A DNA stretch of 64,000 nucleotides from an uncultured Eubacteriales bacterium (GCA_900546635.1 URDS01000004.1:69-64068), one strand, 5' to 3'. Counted from the first letter of the stretch, positions 1 to 11,695 are shown. Notes: a model not told the origin generated them from the sequence alone. A program made the numbers and translations.

Positions 1-71
1 CACAGGTCCGCCTTGTAAACGTATTTGATTTGCAATTTTTATCTTTATCAACAAGCTGAATTGATAAGCTG

Positions 72-104
72 AAAATGCGTTCGGTATACACCGAACGCAT
101 TTTT
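72..104 (-). terminator. Hairpin terminator downstream of the abrB-like gene (bidirectional shape)
   Basis: Perfect inverted repeat AAAATGCGTTCGGT-ATAC-ACCGAACGCATTTT with A/T runs on both flanks. Confidence 0.6.
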
Positions 105-165
105 GAGTTTATTTTATTTTACTTAAACTTTGAATTTTGCTTTTGTCAGACCCAATTGCGCCGCT

Positions 166-417
166 TTATTTCGTATCTCCCTTTGCCAGTTTTTTTCTGC
201 ACGCGCGGCATACGTTTTTATCCTGAAAAAGCGTTAAATTCTCTTTGCCGCCGCAGAACAAACAACTCGGCGCATATTTCGCCAGAATAATATTTTCCCC
301 ATCGACGTAAATTTCAATATCGTCTCCGGTAGCAATTTCAAGTCTTTTACGCAATTCAATGGGTAGGACAATACGGCCGAGACCGTCAATTTTTCTAACA
401 ATTCCGGTGGATTTCAT
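166..417 (-). CDS. AbrB/SpoVT-family transition-state regulator paralogue with a C-terminal CxxC...CxxC tail
   Basis: The N-terminus MKSTGIVRKIDGLGRIVLPIELRKRL...IEIYVDGENIILAKY is the swapped-hairpin AbrB DNA-binding domain. The tail is SCLFCGG..NVCRACRKK. A GAGAGGAAGAG RBS lies upstream. Confidence 0.85.
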   Translation of the reverse strand: MKSTGIVRKIDGLGRIVLPIELRKRLEIATGDDIEIYVDGENIILAKYAPSCLFCGGKENLTLFQDKNVCRACRKKLAKGDTK

Positions 418-631
418 AAACTCTTCCTCTCGTGTATGTACAATTTACAGAAACTCGAATTGTCAGTAATATACTACCAGTAATTGGCAGATTTGTCAAG
501 CTTTTTTAACGAAAAAAATAAAAAATTGTTTTCAAACCGTACTAAAAACACAATTGTGTGCTTTTTTGTAGTCTGTTGCTCTTTTAAAAAAAGCCGCGGC
601 GAGCAAAATACAAGGTTATTTTGCCGAAAAA

Positions 632-898
632 TTAATTTTTTGAAGTCAAAATCCGGAATCGAATCGCAGTGCGTTCTTCGCCGTTGATTTCGATTTCTTC
701 AAATACCGGCTGCGTGTATAAGGAGATTCCAACCGGTGCAAGGAATCCGGAAGCAATCGCAATGGCTTTAATGCTTTGATTGACCGCACCCGCGCCGATT
801 GCCTGAATTTCCGCCTCCGAATCTTCGCGAATGGCTGCCGCCAGGGCGCCGGCTACAGAGTTGGCGCTGGATTTAGACGAGACTTTCAATACGTTCAT
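632..898 (-). CDS. spoVS: Stage V sporulation protein S
   Basis: 88 aa. MNVLKVSSKSSANSVAGALAAAIRE..EIQAIGAGAVNQSIKAIAIASGF...INGEERTAIRF is near-colinear with B. subtilis SpoVS. A GGAGGA RBS is present. Confidence 0.93.
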   Translation of the reverse strand: MNVLKVSSKSSANSVAGALAAAIREDSEAEIQAIGAGAVNQSIKAIAIASGFLAPVGISLYTQPVFEEIEINGEERTAIRFRILTSKN

Positions 899-1026
899 GT
901 TTCTTCCTCCGTTTTTAATAGATTCTGGTATGTTGCTGTGATAAAGATATACCGTTCTTATGCCAGAAGTATAACAGGGAATTGTGATAGAAAAATGAAG
1001 TTTAGCGAAATTTTTGGAAAACCCGT

Positions 1027-1791
1027 TTACTGCAAAAAAGGCTCGATACGTTCAACCTTATTTTCGGCGAGCGTAAGGATGGCGCCGCGCAAATGAATGT
1101 CTCCGTCCGCCGGAATAAATTTTTGCGGCAGGCCGGTTAAAAACCGTTTTAAAATTACGGATTTGTCGGTACCGAGAATACCGCCCGACGGCCCGCACAT
1201 TCCGAGGTCCGTAATATAGGCCGTGCCGCCCGGCAGAATTTGCGCATCGGCGGTCTGCACATGCGTATGTGTGCCGAATACGGCGGTTACGCGCCCGTCA
1301 AGATAATAGCCGAGCGCTTCTTTTTCCGCTGTGGATTCCGCATGAAAGTCCACCAAGGCAAAGTCGAATTTTCCGTTTTCACGGCGCAGAATACGGTCTG
1401 CTGAGTCAAAGGGACTTGCGTAGGCGTCAAGCGACATCATGCCGAGCAGATTCAGAATCAGTACCCGGACGCCGCGGCATTCAAAAATCGTGCTTCCGAC
1501 GCCGGGGGCGGCATCCGAGCAGTTTGCGGGGCGCAGCAGGCAGGGGGAGTCATCCAGCATACTATACAGGGAGCGGTTATGAAAAGTATGGTTGCCGCCG
1601 GTGAGAATATCGACGCCGTAATTTAAAAGATTTTCTGCATCTTCGGCGGACAGCCCCATAATGTCGCCTGCATTTTCACCGTTTGCCACGACCATGTCGA
1701 TCATCCGGTCGCGGCGGAGCGTCCACAGCGTCTTTCCGAGATATTCAATCGTTTTTCTGCCGACAATGTCGCCGAGCAATAAAATTTTCAT
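1027..1791 (-). CDS. ymdB: YmdB-family metallophosphoesterase (2',3'-cyclic-nucleotide phosphodiesterase, TIGR00282-like)
   Basis: Motifs MKILLLGDIVG, ANGENA, GGNHTF, DFHAE.T.EK, GTHTHVQTAD and AYITDLGMCGP. It sits directly downstream of rny, as in Bacillus. Confidence 0.9.
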   Translation of the reverse strand: MKILLLGDIVGRKTIEYLGKTLWTLRRDRMIDMVVANGENAGDIMGLSAEDAENLLNYGVDILTGGNHTFHNRSLYSMLDDSPCLLRPANCSDAAPGVGSTIFECRGVRVLILNLLGMMSLDAYASPFDSADRILRRENGKFDFALVDFHAESTAEKEALGYYLDGRVTAVFGTHTHVQTADAQILPGGTAYITDLGMCGPSGGILGTDKSVILKRFLTGLPQKFIPADGDIHLRGAILTLAENKVERIEPFLQ

Positions 1792-2014
1792 AAATGTTTC
1801 TCTTTCTGTTTTATCTTCATCATTGCGTAAGCGGGGGAGAGAAAAAACAAAAACTGTTTTACAAAACGGCGCGCAAAAACGGAAATTTTCCGCGGATTTT
1901 CGGCGGCCGTCCGTAAAACAGCTTTTGGAATATACATATAGGAATCTATCGTCAGGCCGCAGCCGGAAAACGCTTCACCAACTCTATGTATATATAATGA
2001 AACTAACGTAGTGT

Positions 2015-3562
2015 TTATTTTGCAAAATCCACCGTTCGGCTTTCACGAATCAAATGCACTTTGATCTGTCCCGGATAATCCAGTTCGCTTTCAATCTTGG
2101 AAGCGATTTCGTGCGCCAAAATGGTCATTTGGTCGTCGGAAATCTGTTCGGGTTTTACCATGACACGAATTTCACGTCCGGCCTGAATTGCATAGGTCTT
2201 TTCCACACCGGCAAAATCGTTTGCCAGTTCCTCCAGCTTCTGGAGACGTTTGATGTAATTTTCGAGATCCTCGCGTCGTGCGCCCGGTCTTGCCGCCGAG
2301 ATGGCGTCCGCGGCCTGCACGATGAATGCGATGATGGATTCCGCTTCCACATCACCGTGATGCGCTTCAATCGCATTGATGATCTCTTTGGATTCTTTGT
2401 GCTTTCTGGCTACTTCCACACCAAGCTGGATATGCGAACCCTCCGCTTCCTGTGTGAGCGCTTTGCCGATGTCATGAAGAAGTCCCGCGCGCTTTGCAGA
2501 CGTGCTGTCCGCGCCGAGTTCGTCGGCTATGATGCCGGAAAGAATGGAAACCTCAATAGAATGACGGAGTACGTTTTGGCCGTAGCTTGTACGGTATTTG
2601 AGCCGGCCCAGCAGTTTGATAACTTCGGGATGCAGCCCGTGCACACCGGTTTCAAAGGTGGCTTTTTCACCGGCCTGCTTGATGGAGGCATCCACTTCCT
2701 TGCGGGCTTTTTCCACCATTTCTTCGATTCTGGTGGGGTGGATACGTCCGTCCGAGATCAGTTTTTCCAGCGCGATCCGGGCGATTTCACGCCGTACCGA
2801 ATCAAAGCCAGAAATGGTGATGACCTCAGGCGTGTCGTCGATGATCAGATCGACGCCGGTCAGGGTTTCGATTGCGCGGATGTTTCTGCCCTCGCGACCG
2901 ATGATACGTCCCTTCATATCCTCGTTCGGAAGCTGTACCGTCGAGATGGTGATCTCGCCGACATGATCGGCCGCGCATCGCTGAATGGCAAGTGAGAGGA
3001 TGTTTTTCGCCCGCTCATCTGCTTCTTCTTTGAATTGTTCATCAAAATGTGAGATTTTCAGTGCTTTTTCATGGGTCAGTGCCGTCTCTACGCGAGATAA
3101 TAGCTCGTCTTTCGCCTGTTCTTTGGTAAAGCCCGCAATGCGTTCGAGCACTGCGAGGTGTGAATCGAGCGTTTTTTGAATCTCGTCGCGGAGCGTTTCT
3201 GTTTCCTTGATTTTCTGGTTCAGAAGTTCGTTCTTTTTCTCAATCGCGTCGGTTTTTGAGTCAAGTGTTTCTTCTTTTTGCTGAATTCTGCGTTCAAGCC
3301 GGGAGACTTCTTTGCGGCGTTCTTTGAGTTCATTTTCCGATTCGGTTTTGTTTTTCAGAATTTCCTCTTTCGCCTCAAGCAAAGCTTCCTTCTTTTTGCT
3401 TTCCGCCGTTTTGATGGCGTCTTCAACAATTTTTGCCGCCTGCTCCTCCGCGCTGCCGATTTCTTTTTCGGCAACTTTCTTGCGGTAAGCTGCGCCGATC
3501 AGCGCGCCCAGCAGCAATCCCACAACCAAGGCGATGGCACCGACCGTAATGTAAATTCCCAT
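2015..3562 (-). CDS. rny: Ribonuclease Y (N-terminal TM, coiled coil, KH and HD domains)
   Basis: KH segment [29 protein letters not shown] and HD segment [18 protein letters not shown] place the start at the internal ATG ([10 protein letters not shown]) because AAGGAGG lies 8 nt upstream. The ORF-track start at 3622 has no RBS. Confidence 0.93.
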   Translation of the reverse strand: MGIYITVGAIALVVGLLLGALIGAAYRKKVAEKEIGSAEEQAAKIVEDAIKTAESKKKEALLEAKEEILKNKTESENELKERRKEVSRLERRIQQKEETLDSKTDAIEKKNELLNQKIKETETLRDEIQKTLDSHLAVLERIAGFTKEQAKDELLSRVETALTHEKALKISHFDEQFKEEADERAKNILSLAIQRCAADHVGEITISTVQLPNEDMKGRIIGREGRNIRAIETLTGVDLIIDDTPEVITISGFDSVRREIARIALEKLISDGRIHPTRIEEMVEKARKEVDASIKQAGEKATFETGVHGLHPEVIKLLGRLKYRTSYGQNVLRHSIEVSILSGIIADELGADSTSAKRAGLLHDIGKALTQEAEGSHIQLGVEVARKHKESKEIINAIEAHHGDVEAESIIAFIVQAADAISAARPGARREDLENYIKRLQKLEELANDFAGVEKTYAIQAGREIRVMVKPEQISDDQMTILAHEIASKIESELDYPGQIKVHLIRESRTVDFAK

Positions 3563-3652
3563 TACAATCGTACCTCCTTGTAAAGTTTCAGGGGAATATG
3601 TAATTTGGGAGCCGTGTCGCATACCATGGCTACCGTATATTTACACAAATTT

Positions 3653-3682
3653 ATTATATAACATTTCCCTGGCCGGTGTCAA
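3653..3682 (-). promoter_or_regulatory. Candidate sigma-A promoter for rny
   Basis: The minus strand reads TTGACA-18 nt-TATAAT, about 90 nt upstream of the rny start. Confidence 0.5.
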
Positions 3683-3979
3683 GTGATATCCGGCAGAAAA
3701 TCAAAAATTGAAAAGCTGAATATGTTGCGTCAACCGGTAATATTTGTAGATATTTTCCCTTGGAGAATCGGGGTGTATATGTTAAAATCAATTGAAAGTA
3801 AAAACGTAAAAATATGCAGTTGATTCTGATTTCAACGATATTGCTTCTGCTCAAAAGTCTTCCGCTCTGTCTGAATATTTTTCATCAGCATTCCATAATT
3901 TCGATCGTCAATAATACCGTTGGCGTGACTGTCAAACGGCATTCACATTTTTCCCGGTGTGTATTGATGTGCAGTTGCC

Positions 3980-4798
3980 TTAATGGGTATGGTTTTCTTT
4001 TTGAAAGGCGGAGGGGCTCATGCCGGTCTGGCGCACAAAGTTCTGATAAAATCCCGCGTAGGTGCTAAAGCCGCACTGGGCGCAGACCTCGGCGGGCGCC
4101 AATCCTTCTCTGAGCAAGGCTTTGGCAAGCGAAATGCGTTTTGTTAAAATATAGCTGTGTACCGTGGCACAGGCGTAGTTTTTAAACTGCCGCAAAAGAT
4201 GGTATTTACTGATAAAAAACCGTTCGGCGATCTCCTCCAGGGACAGGTCCCGGGTAAAGTTTGCGTTGATGTAGCGAATGATCTCCCCCATACGGCGGTT
4301 GTCGCCTGCATCTGCGGGAAGGGCGGCATCCATATATTTTCCAAGATGCAGCAGTAACAATGTTACCGTTGCATCTCGTGTCAGCACCCCTGCTTCATCC
4401 GCGGTCAGTTGCAGCATGCTTTGCATCATACGGCCAAAGTCCCCATCGTTTTTTCCTAAAGAGATCCGATAGCTTTTGCTCTCCCGTCCCACAAAACTGT
4501 TCGGCGCGCGGCTGAGCAGCCGTTTGCAGTAATCTACCGAAAGGGTGAGGACCATACGCTCGTAAACGATCTTTTCGTTCACTGTCACCAATCGGTGCAG
4601 TTTGCCCGGCGGGATGACCAGCACATCTCCGGACACCAAAGAATAGCTTTCGTCTTCAATATAATACTGCACCTCTCCCGACAAAAAATATAATATTTCA
4701 TAATCGTCGTGGGTGTGAAAGTTAAAAGTGCGGTTTTTTTGGATAACCATATGATCGAGATGAAAATGCAGATCATTTACCCCGGATGTTTTCCGCAT
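3980..4798 (-). CDS. AraC-family transcriptional regulator (N-terminal cupin sensor plus C-terminal dual HTH)
   Basis: Cupin signature FHTHDDYEILYFLSGEV...GDVLVIPPGKLH. The C-terminal AraC HTH is LSLEEIAERFFISKYHLLRQFK...GFSTYAGFYQNFVRQTGMSPSAF. The start is set at the ATG 11 nt after AGGAG. Confidence 0.88.
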   Translation of the reverse strand: MRKTSGVNDLHFHLDHMVIQKNRTFNFHTHDDYEILYFLSGEVQYYIEDESYSLVSGDVLVIPPGKLHRLVTVNEKIVYERMVLTLSVDYCKRLLSRAPNSFVGRESKSYRISLGKNDGDFGRMMQSMLQLTADEAGVLTRDATVTLLLLHLGKYMDAALPADAGDNRRMGEIIRYINANFTRDLSLEEIAERFFISKYHLLRQFKNYACATVHSYILTKRISLAKALLREGLAPAEVCAQCGFSTYAGFYQNFVRQTGMSPSAFQKENHTH

Positions 4799-4914
4799 AT
4801 GGCATTTCACTCCTTTTTATTATCATATAGCAATTTTTTTAATAGTTCAAGCAATTTTACAAATTTACATTCAAAATCTTTCTGTTATACTAAAGGTATA
4901 CAGGAGGAAAATCC

Positions 4915-5769
4915 ATGGCGAAATTTGTTTTAAGCGCCTTTGCCGACGAGGCGGGCAAAGACTTGACAGCGCAGATCGACGCACTCAAGCGCAACGACAT
5001 TTCCCATATGGAGATCCGGGCGGTGAACGGTGTCAACATCTGTAAAACGCCGCTGAAAACCGTGGCGGAATATAAAAAACAGCTGGATGCGGCAGACATT
5101 CGCGTAATGACCGTTGGTTCCCCCGTCGGAAAGGTAAAGTTGACGGATAACTATGAAGAACATGTGGCCATGTTTTTACATACCTTGGGCGTTGCCCGTA
5201 TTTTAGAAGCCAAGCGCATCCGCATGTTTTCCATGTTTACCGACACACCCGAAGCCCACGAAGGCATTGTATTGGCCAAGCTGGAAGAGATGCTGGACAT
5301 TGCCAAGGGCACTGGTGTGACTTTGTACCACGAAAACGAAAAGGGCATTTACGGTGACACCGACACACGAGTGGCCAGACTGACGAATGCGTTCAAAGGA
5401 CGAATGGAATTTATCTTTGATCCCGCCAACTTTATTCAGTGCGGCGTAAAGCCCATAGAAGCCTATGCCAGGCTGAAAGACAGCATCGGTTATTTTCACA
5501 TTAAGGATGCATTGGCCGCCACCGGCAGTGTGGTCCCCGCAGGAAAGGGAGATGGCAGCATCGGCGACATTCTCAGTGATTTTGCCCGGACGCATGAAAA
5601 TGTAATGCTCACCGTTGAACCCCATTTGAAAAGTTTTGCAGGCATTCAAGACCCCGTCAGCATGAAAGCGGAAAAGGAGACCCTTTACAAGGACAACAAC
5701 GAATCCTTCGATGTAGCGGTAAAGGCGCTGAAAAATATTTTAGAGGAAAGAGGATTGAGTTATGAATAA
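4915..5769 (+). CDS. Sugar phosphate isomerase/epimerase family protein (xylose-isomerase-like TIM barrel)
   Basis: 284 aa with a typical AP_endonuc_2-like pattern (ISHMEIR, LYHENEKG, FIFDPANF, FHIKD...VEPHL). RBS is CAGGAGG. Confidence 0.75.
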   Translation: MAKFVLSAFADEAGKDLTAQIDALKRNDISHMEIRAVNGVNICKTPLKTVAEYKKQLDAADIRVMTVGSPVGKVKLTDNYEEHVAMFLHTLGVARILEAKRIRMFSMFTDTPEAHEGIVLAKLEEMLDIAKGTGVTLYHENEKGIYGDTDTRVARLTNAFKGRMEFIFDPANFIQCGVKPIEAYARLKDSIGYFHIKDALAATGSVVPAGKGDGSIGDILSDFARTHENVMLTVEPHLKSFAGIQDPVSMKAEKETLYKDNNESFDVAVKALKNILEERGLSYE

Positions 5770-6940
5770 ATTAAGAGTTGCCGTTATTGGCATCGGCAAT
5801 ATGGGCTCCGCCCATGCCAAGCACATTGCAGACGGCTGTGTCAAGGACATGCAGCTGACCGCCGTTTGCGACACCGACCCGGCAAAGCTGGACTGGGCTA
5901 AGGAAAAACTGCCCGACGTAACACAATACACCGATTGTCACAAACTGTTGGACGATCACATTTGTGACGCCATTGTAATCGCCACCCCGCATTATGACCA
6001 TCCCGTCATCGCCATTGAAGCCTTTAAAAAGGGCTATCATGTATTGAGTGAAAAGCCAGCGGGCGTTTACACCAAAAAGGTTCGGGAAATGAATGAAGCT
6101 GCCCGAAAGAGCGGCAAGACCTTTGCCTTGATGTACAATCAGCGCACGAATCCTTTATATCAAAAGGTGAGAGAAATGGTGCAGGGCGGCGCCATCGGCG
6201 TCCCGAAACGGCTGGTATGGATCATTACCAACTGGTACCGCACCCAGGCCTATTATGACAGCGGCGCATGGCGCGCCACCTGGGCGGGTGAAGGCGGCGG
6301 CGTACTGCTCAACCAGTGCCCCCACAATCTGGATCTGTGGCAATGGATCTTCGGCATGCCCAAAAGTATTACCGCAAAATGCTCGGTGGGCAAATATCAC
6401 GACATTGAAGTTGAGGATGATGTAACCATCACCGCCGAGTATGAAAACGGCGCTTCAGCCTGCTTTATCACCACCACGGGCGAATTTCCCGGAACCAACC
6501 GTCTGGAGATCTCAGGTGACAGAGGCAAGGTGGTCATTGAAGGAAAAGAGATGACTTTTTACAAATTGGAGATACCGGAACGGACGGTTAACGCTACCAG
6601 CAAAAAAAGCTTTGACAAGATTCCCTTTACTGTGGAAAAAACGGTGGTGGAGGACAGCGGCACCGCCCATGTGGGCATCTTGCAGAACTTTACCAATCAT
6701 ATTCTCTACGGCGAGGCGTTGATTTCCTCCGGTTATGAGGGCATCAACGGGCTGACCATTTCAAACGCCGCTTTTCTGTCGGATTGGTTGGGCAAAGAGA
6801 TCAATTTGCCCATGGACGAGGATCTGTTCTATACGTTGTTGCAGGAGCGCATTAAGACCTCCAAGCACAAAACCGCAGCATCTTCTGGCATTGAGGACTT
6901 GTCCGGCACTTATAACGAGCGGTGGCAAGGCAAGGCGTAA
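5762..6940 (+). CDS. Gfo/Idh/MocA-family NAD(P)-dependent oxidoreductase
   Basis: N-terminal Rossmann motif LRVAVIGIGNMGSAH and the EKP motif (VLSEKPAG). It overlaps the upstream gene by 8 nt. Confidence 0.88.
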   Translation: MNKLRVAVIGIGNMGSAHAKHIADGCVKDMQLTAVCDTDPAKLDWAKEKLPDVTQYTDCHKLLDDHICDAIVIATPHYDHPVIAIEAFKKGYHVLSEKPAGVYTKKVREMNEAARKSGKTFALMYNQRTNPLYQKVREMVQGGAIGVPKRLVWIITNWYRTQAYYDSGAWRATWAGEGGGVLLNQCPHNLDLWQWIFGMPKSITAKCSVGKYHDIEVEDDVTITAEYENGASACFITTTGEFPGTNRLEISGDRGKVVIEGKEMTFYKLEIPERTVNATSKKSFDKIPFTVEKTVVEDSGTAHVGILQNFTNHILYGEALISSGYEGINGLTISNAAFLSDWLGKEINLPMDEDLFYTLLQERIKTSKHKTAASSGIEDLSGTYNERWQGKA

Positions 6941-6954
6941 GAGAGGTATTCACT

Positions 6955-7707
6955 ATGATGATAGGCGCGCAATTATATACAGTCAGAGACTACTGCAAGG
7001 ATCCCGATTCTCTTGCTGAAACTTTAAAAAAAGTAGCCGATATCGGCTATACAGCCGTGCAGCTTTCCGGCGCCTGCGCCGTGGAGGCCGAATGGTTAAA
7101 AAACGAGTTGGATAAAAACGGACTGATCTGTCCGCTTTCCCACACCGCCGCCAGCCGTATTTTAACTGAAACCGAGGCGGTAGCTGCCGAGCACGACATC
7201 TTTGGCGCAGCGTATGTAGGACTGGGGATGTATCCGTTCCATAAACCGGAAAACGGCAACAGTTATGCCGATTTCCTTGCAAAGTACCGCCCCGTTTCCA
7301 AAAAGCTGAAAGCGCTCAATAAATACTTTATGTATCATAATCATGCGATCGAGTTTATGAAGGATGACGGCAGACGCATCCTGCAAAAGATCGCTGAGGA
7401 TTTCCCCGCTGACGAGTTGGGCTTTACACTGGACACCTACTGGGTACAAGTGGGCGGCGGCGATCCCGCGTGGTGGCTGGAAACGCTTAGCGGCAGAGTG
7501 CCCTGCATCCATCTCAAGGACCAGGGCTACGGTCCCACTATGCTTCCCATCGGTGAGGGGAATCTGAACTGGGAGCGCATCTTTGCGGCGGCCGAAAAGG
7601 CGGGCACTCAATATATGTTCGTCGAGCAGGATAAATGCAACGGCGAGGATCCGTTTGCCTGCCTTGCACGCAGCTATGACTATCTGCGATCCAGAGGATT
7701 TAAATAA
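6955..7707 (+). CDS. Sugar phosphate isomerase/epimerase family protein (xylose-isomerase-like TIM barrel), second copy
   Basis: IGAQLYTVRD..., YHNHAIEF, FTLDTYW, IHLKD, MFVEQD. The start is set at ATG 6955, 8 nt after GAGAGG. The ORF-track start at 6922 overlaps the previous gene and has no RBS. Confidence 0.8.
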   Translation: MMIGAQLYTVRDYCKDPDSLAETLKKVADIGYTAVQLSGACAVEAEWLKNELDKNGLICPLSHTAASRILTETEAVAAEHDIFGAAYVGLGMYPFHKPENGNSYADFLAKYRPVSKKLKALNKYFMYHNHAIEFMKDDGRRILQKIAEDFPADELGFTLDTYWVQVGGGDPAWWLETLSGRVPCIHLKDQGYGPTMLPIGEGNLNWERIFAAAEKAGTQYMFVEQDKCNGEDPFACLARSYDYLRSRGFK

Positions 7708-7900
7708 TACAAAAGAAACGAGGTGTTTTATGCTCCGAAACCCATGACCTGCATGAGCAGTGACCGGGGCGGGGCAATGTATGTTTCCCGTAAAAATGAC
7801 CGCCTCGAACTGCACAAAAGTCGTTTTACTGCCAAAACATCTTGTTCAAAATATGATTCACAAAATATCTATTCATTTGACAAAACACGTGAGGGAAAAC

Positions 7901-8640
7901 ATGAATACTGTTATAACGTATGATAAATTGAGACAATTTACCTACTCCAATGACCTTATTTGCGTGAAACCGATAAAAGGTATTGTCCTTTCATTTATGG
8001 GACTCGGTAAGGCCGGTATGTTTCATGAGGACGATCATTTGGCGAGATTTTACGCCGAAAAGGGAATTATTTACCTCATTCCATACAATAATCCGTGGGC
8101 TTGGATGAATCGTCAGGCGGTCCGCGGTATACCGATGAAATCATAGACGTGCTGATAGAGCATTACAATCTTACCGATAATATCCCGATCGTTTCAACCG
8201 GAGGAAGTATGGGCGGACAGTCCGCTTTGGTCTATATGGTATACGCAAAGCGTACCCCTGCAGCCTGTGTAGCAAACTGTCCTGTCTGCGATCTTGTTTA
8301 TCATTATACCGAAAGATTTGATTTGCCGCGTACGCTGTACAGCGCATTTTACAACGAAGACGGCGATATAAATGCAGTGCTGGAAAAGGCGTCTCCGTTG
8401 CATCTTGTAAATCGTATGCCCAAATCTAAATATTATATCTTTCATTGTTATAATGATTCGGCGGTCAATATTCATAAGCATTCAAAGCCTTTGGTTCAAT
8501 TGATGAAGGACAACGGATATGACATTACATATGAGATTGTTCCCGACCGAGAGCACTGTGACCTTCCGGACGAAATAAAGGACAAGTATACTGCCCGTAC
8601 GGTGGAGGCGATCGAAGGAAATCAAGGCTGTCCTATTTAA
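7901..8640 (+). pseudogene. Alpha/beta-hydrolase (esterase/peptidase S9-like) split by a single frameshift near 8110-8125
   Basis: ORF 7760..8146 (real start probably ATG 7901 after GAGGGAA) ends ...PYNNPWAWMNRQAVRGIPMKS*. ORF 8095..8640 continues in another frame with ..RYTDEIIDVL... and carries the nucleophile elbow GGSMGG plus candidate Asp (YNDSAV) and His (DREHC). The second ORF has no RBS of its own. Confidence 0.7.
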
Positions 8641-8985
8641 AGATGAGAAAAGAGATTTAATATGTTTCAATCGTAAAAGCCGTCCTGTCAGCCGATCAGA
8701 CGGCTTTGCGCAGTTTTGCCGGCTGTTCGGTCGTGCACGCTTTTCCAGAAAATTTTATCGTTTTTAAATCGTTGGGAAAATGCTTTCAGAGAATCTGCGA
8801 AATCGGAAGTCGTCTTTAAGACAGACGCAAACAGGAAATGAATTGTATCAAAATACGGTCTTGCAAATTTCGGCAAATACGTGTATGATAAAAAGCGCAG
8901 AAAAAACGAGACGCTGCGTTTTTTTGCGTTTTGCCGCCGGATGAGTGGCAAGCGAACACGGATTTTTAAGAGGGGGAGTGCTGCT

Positions 8986-9858
8986 GTGGAGAAAAAACGG
9001 ATCCGGCGCGTTGCCGCGCTGCATGATTTATCCGGATTCGGGCGCTGCGCGCTGACCGTTGTGATTCCCACGCTTTCGGCCATGGGGGTACAGGTTGTAC
9101 CGCTGCCGACGGCGCTTTTGTCTACGCATACGGGCGGATTTGACGATTATTATTTTCAGGATCTCAGCGATTCGATGGAAAAAATCGCGGCGCACTGGGA
9201 GGCGCTGGATCTGCGTTTTGATGCAATTTATACGGGATTTTTGGCGTCCGCCGCACAGTGCGAGCTAATCAAACGCTTTAACCTGCGCTTTGGGGGCGGG
9301 GATACGATGGTTTTGGTCGATCCCGTATTCGGGGACGACGGCGCGCTGTATTCCGCGTGTACGCCGGAGCTTGTACACGGGATGTATGCCCTTTGCGCGC
9401 AGGCGGACAGCATTGTGCCGAATTTAACGGAAGCCTGTATGCTGTGCGGACGGCCTTTTGAAGATACGGCGGCGATGTCCCAGCGCGCGCTGACCGAATA
9501 TGTCACAAGACTTTTATATGAGCTTGCCGAAATCGGGCCGAAAAAGGTTGTGATCACCGGGATTGCCGCGGGCGGGGACAATGTCGTGACTGCCGGATTG
9601 GATCGGTCGGGGGCGTCCTTGGATCACACGCCGTTTTTTGTGAGCCTCAAACGGATCGGCGGGGCGTATCCGGGAACGGGCGAACTGTTTGCAAGCGTTA
9701 TGCTCGGCAAACTGCTGTCCGGCGCGTCGTTTCCCTCCGCCGTAACGGCGGCGAGCGCGTTTGTCCGGGATGTGATTGATTTTTCCACGGGATTTGATAC
9801 GCCGAGGCGCGAGGGCGTCGCGCTTGAACCTTGCCTGCACAGACTTTCCGAGCTTTGA
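8986..9858 (+). CDS. pdxK: Pyridoxal/pyridoxine/pyridoxamine kinase
   Basis: VAALHDLSGFGRCALTVVIPTLSAMGVQVVPLPTALLSTHTGGF is typical of the ribokinase-fold PdxK/PdxY. A GTG start at 8986 lies 7 nt after GGGGGAG. Confidence 0.8.
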   Translation: MEKKRIRRVAALHDLSGFGRCALTVVIPTLSAMGVQVVPLPTALLSTHTGGFDDYYFQDLSDSMEKIAAHWEALDLRFDAIYTGFLASAAQCELIKRFNLRFGGGDTMVLVDPVFGDDGALYSACTPELVHGMYALCAQADSIVPNLTEACMLCGRPFEDTAAMSQRALTEYVTRLLYELAEIGPKKVVITGIAAGGDNVVTAGLDRSGASLDHTPFFVSLKRIGGAYPGTGELFASVMLGKLLSGASFPSAVTAASAFVRDVIDFSTGFDTPRREGVALEPCLHRLSEL

Positions 9859-9861
9859 TAA

Positions 9862-11619
<1,758 letters not shown>

Positions 11620-11643
11620 TTGAAAAAGCGAAAATTTGAATGG

Positions 11644-11695
11644 CAGCTTCATATGCCGGGCGCTTGAAAACGCCCGGCATATGAAGCTGTTTTTA
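11644..11695 (+). terminator. Rho-independent terminator of pyrG
   Basis: A 19-bp perfect stem CAGCTTCATATGCCGGGCG / CGCCCGGCATATGAAGCTG followed by TTTTT. Confidence 0.9.

Noticed and set aside
8105-8135. Programmed ribosomal frameshift in the alpha/beta hydrolase.
   Set aside because: No slippery heptamer and no downstream stimulatory structure is evident. A simple indel (mutation or assembly error) is the more economical explanation.
8894-8925. Terminator-like hairpin (AGCGCAG...CTGCGTT plus T-run) in the pdxK leader, considered as a possible attenuator or riboswitch.
   Set aside because: The stem is only 5-7 bp with a 13-nt loop. The candidate promoter (TTGCAA-17-TATGAT, -10 ending at 8889) would put the transcription start inside the 5' arm, so the hairpin probably cannot form in the transcript.
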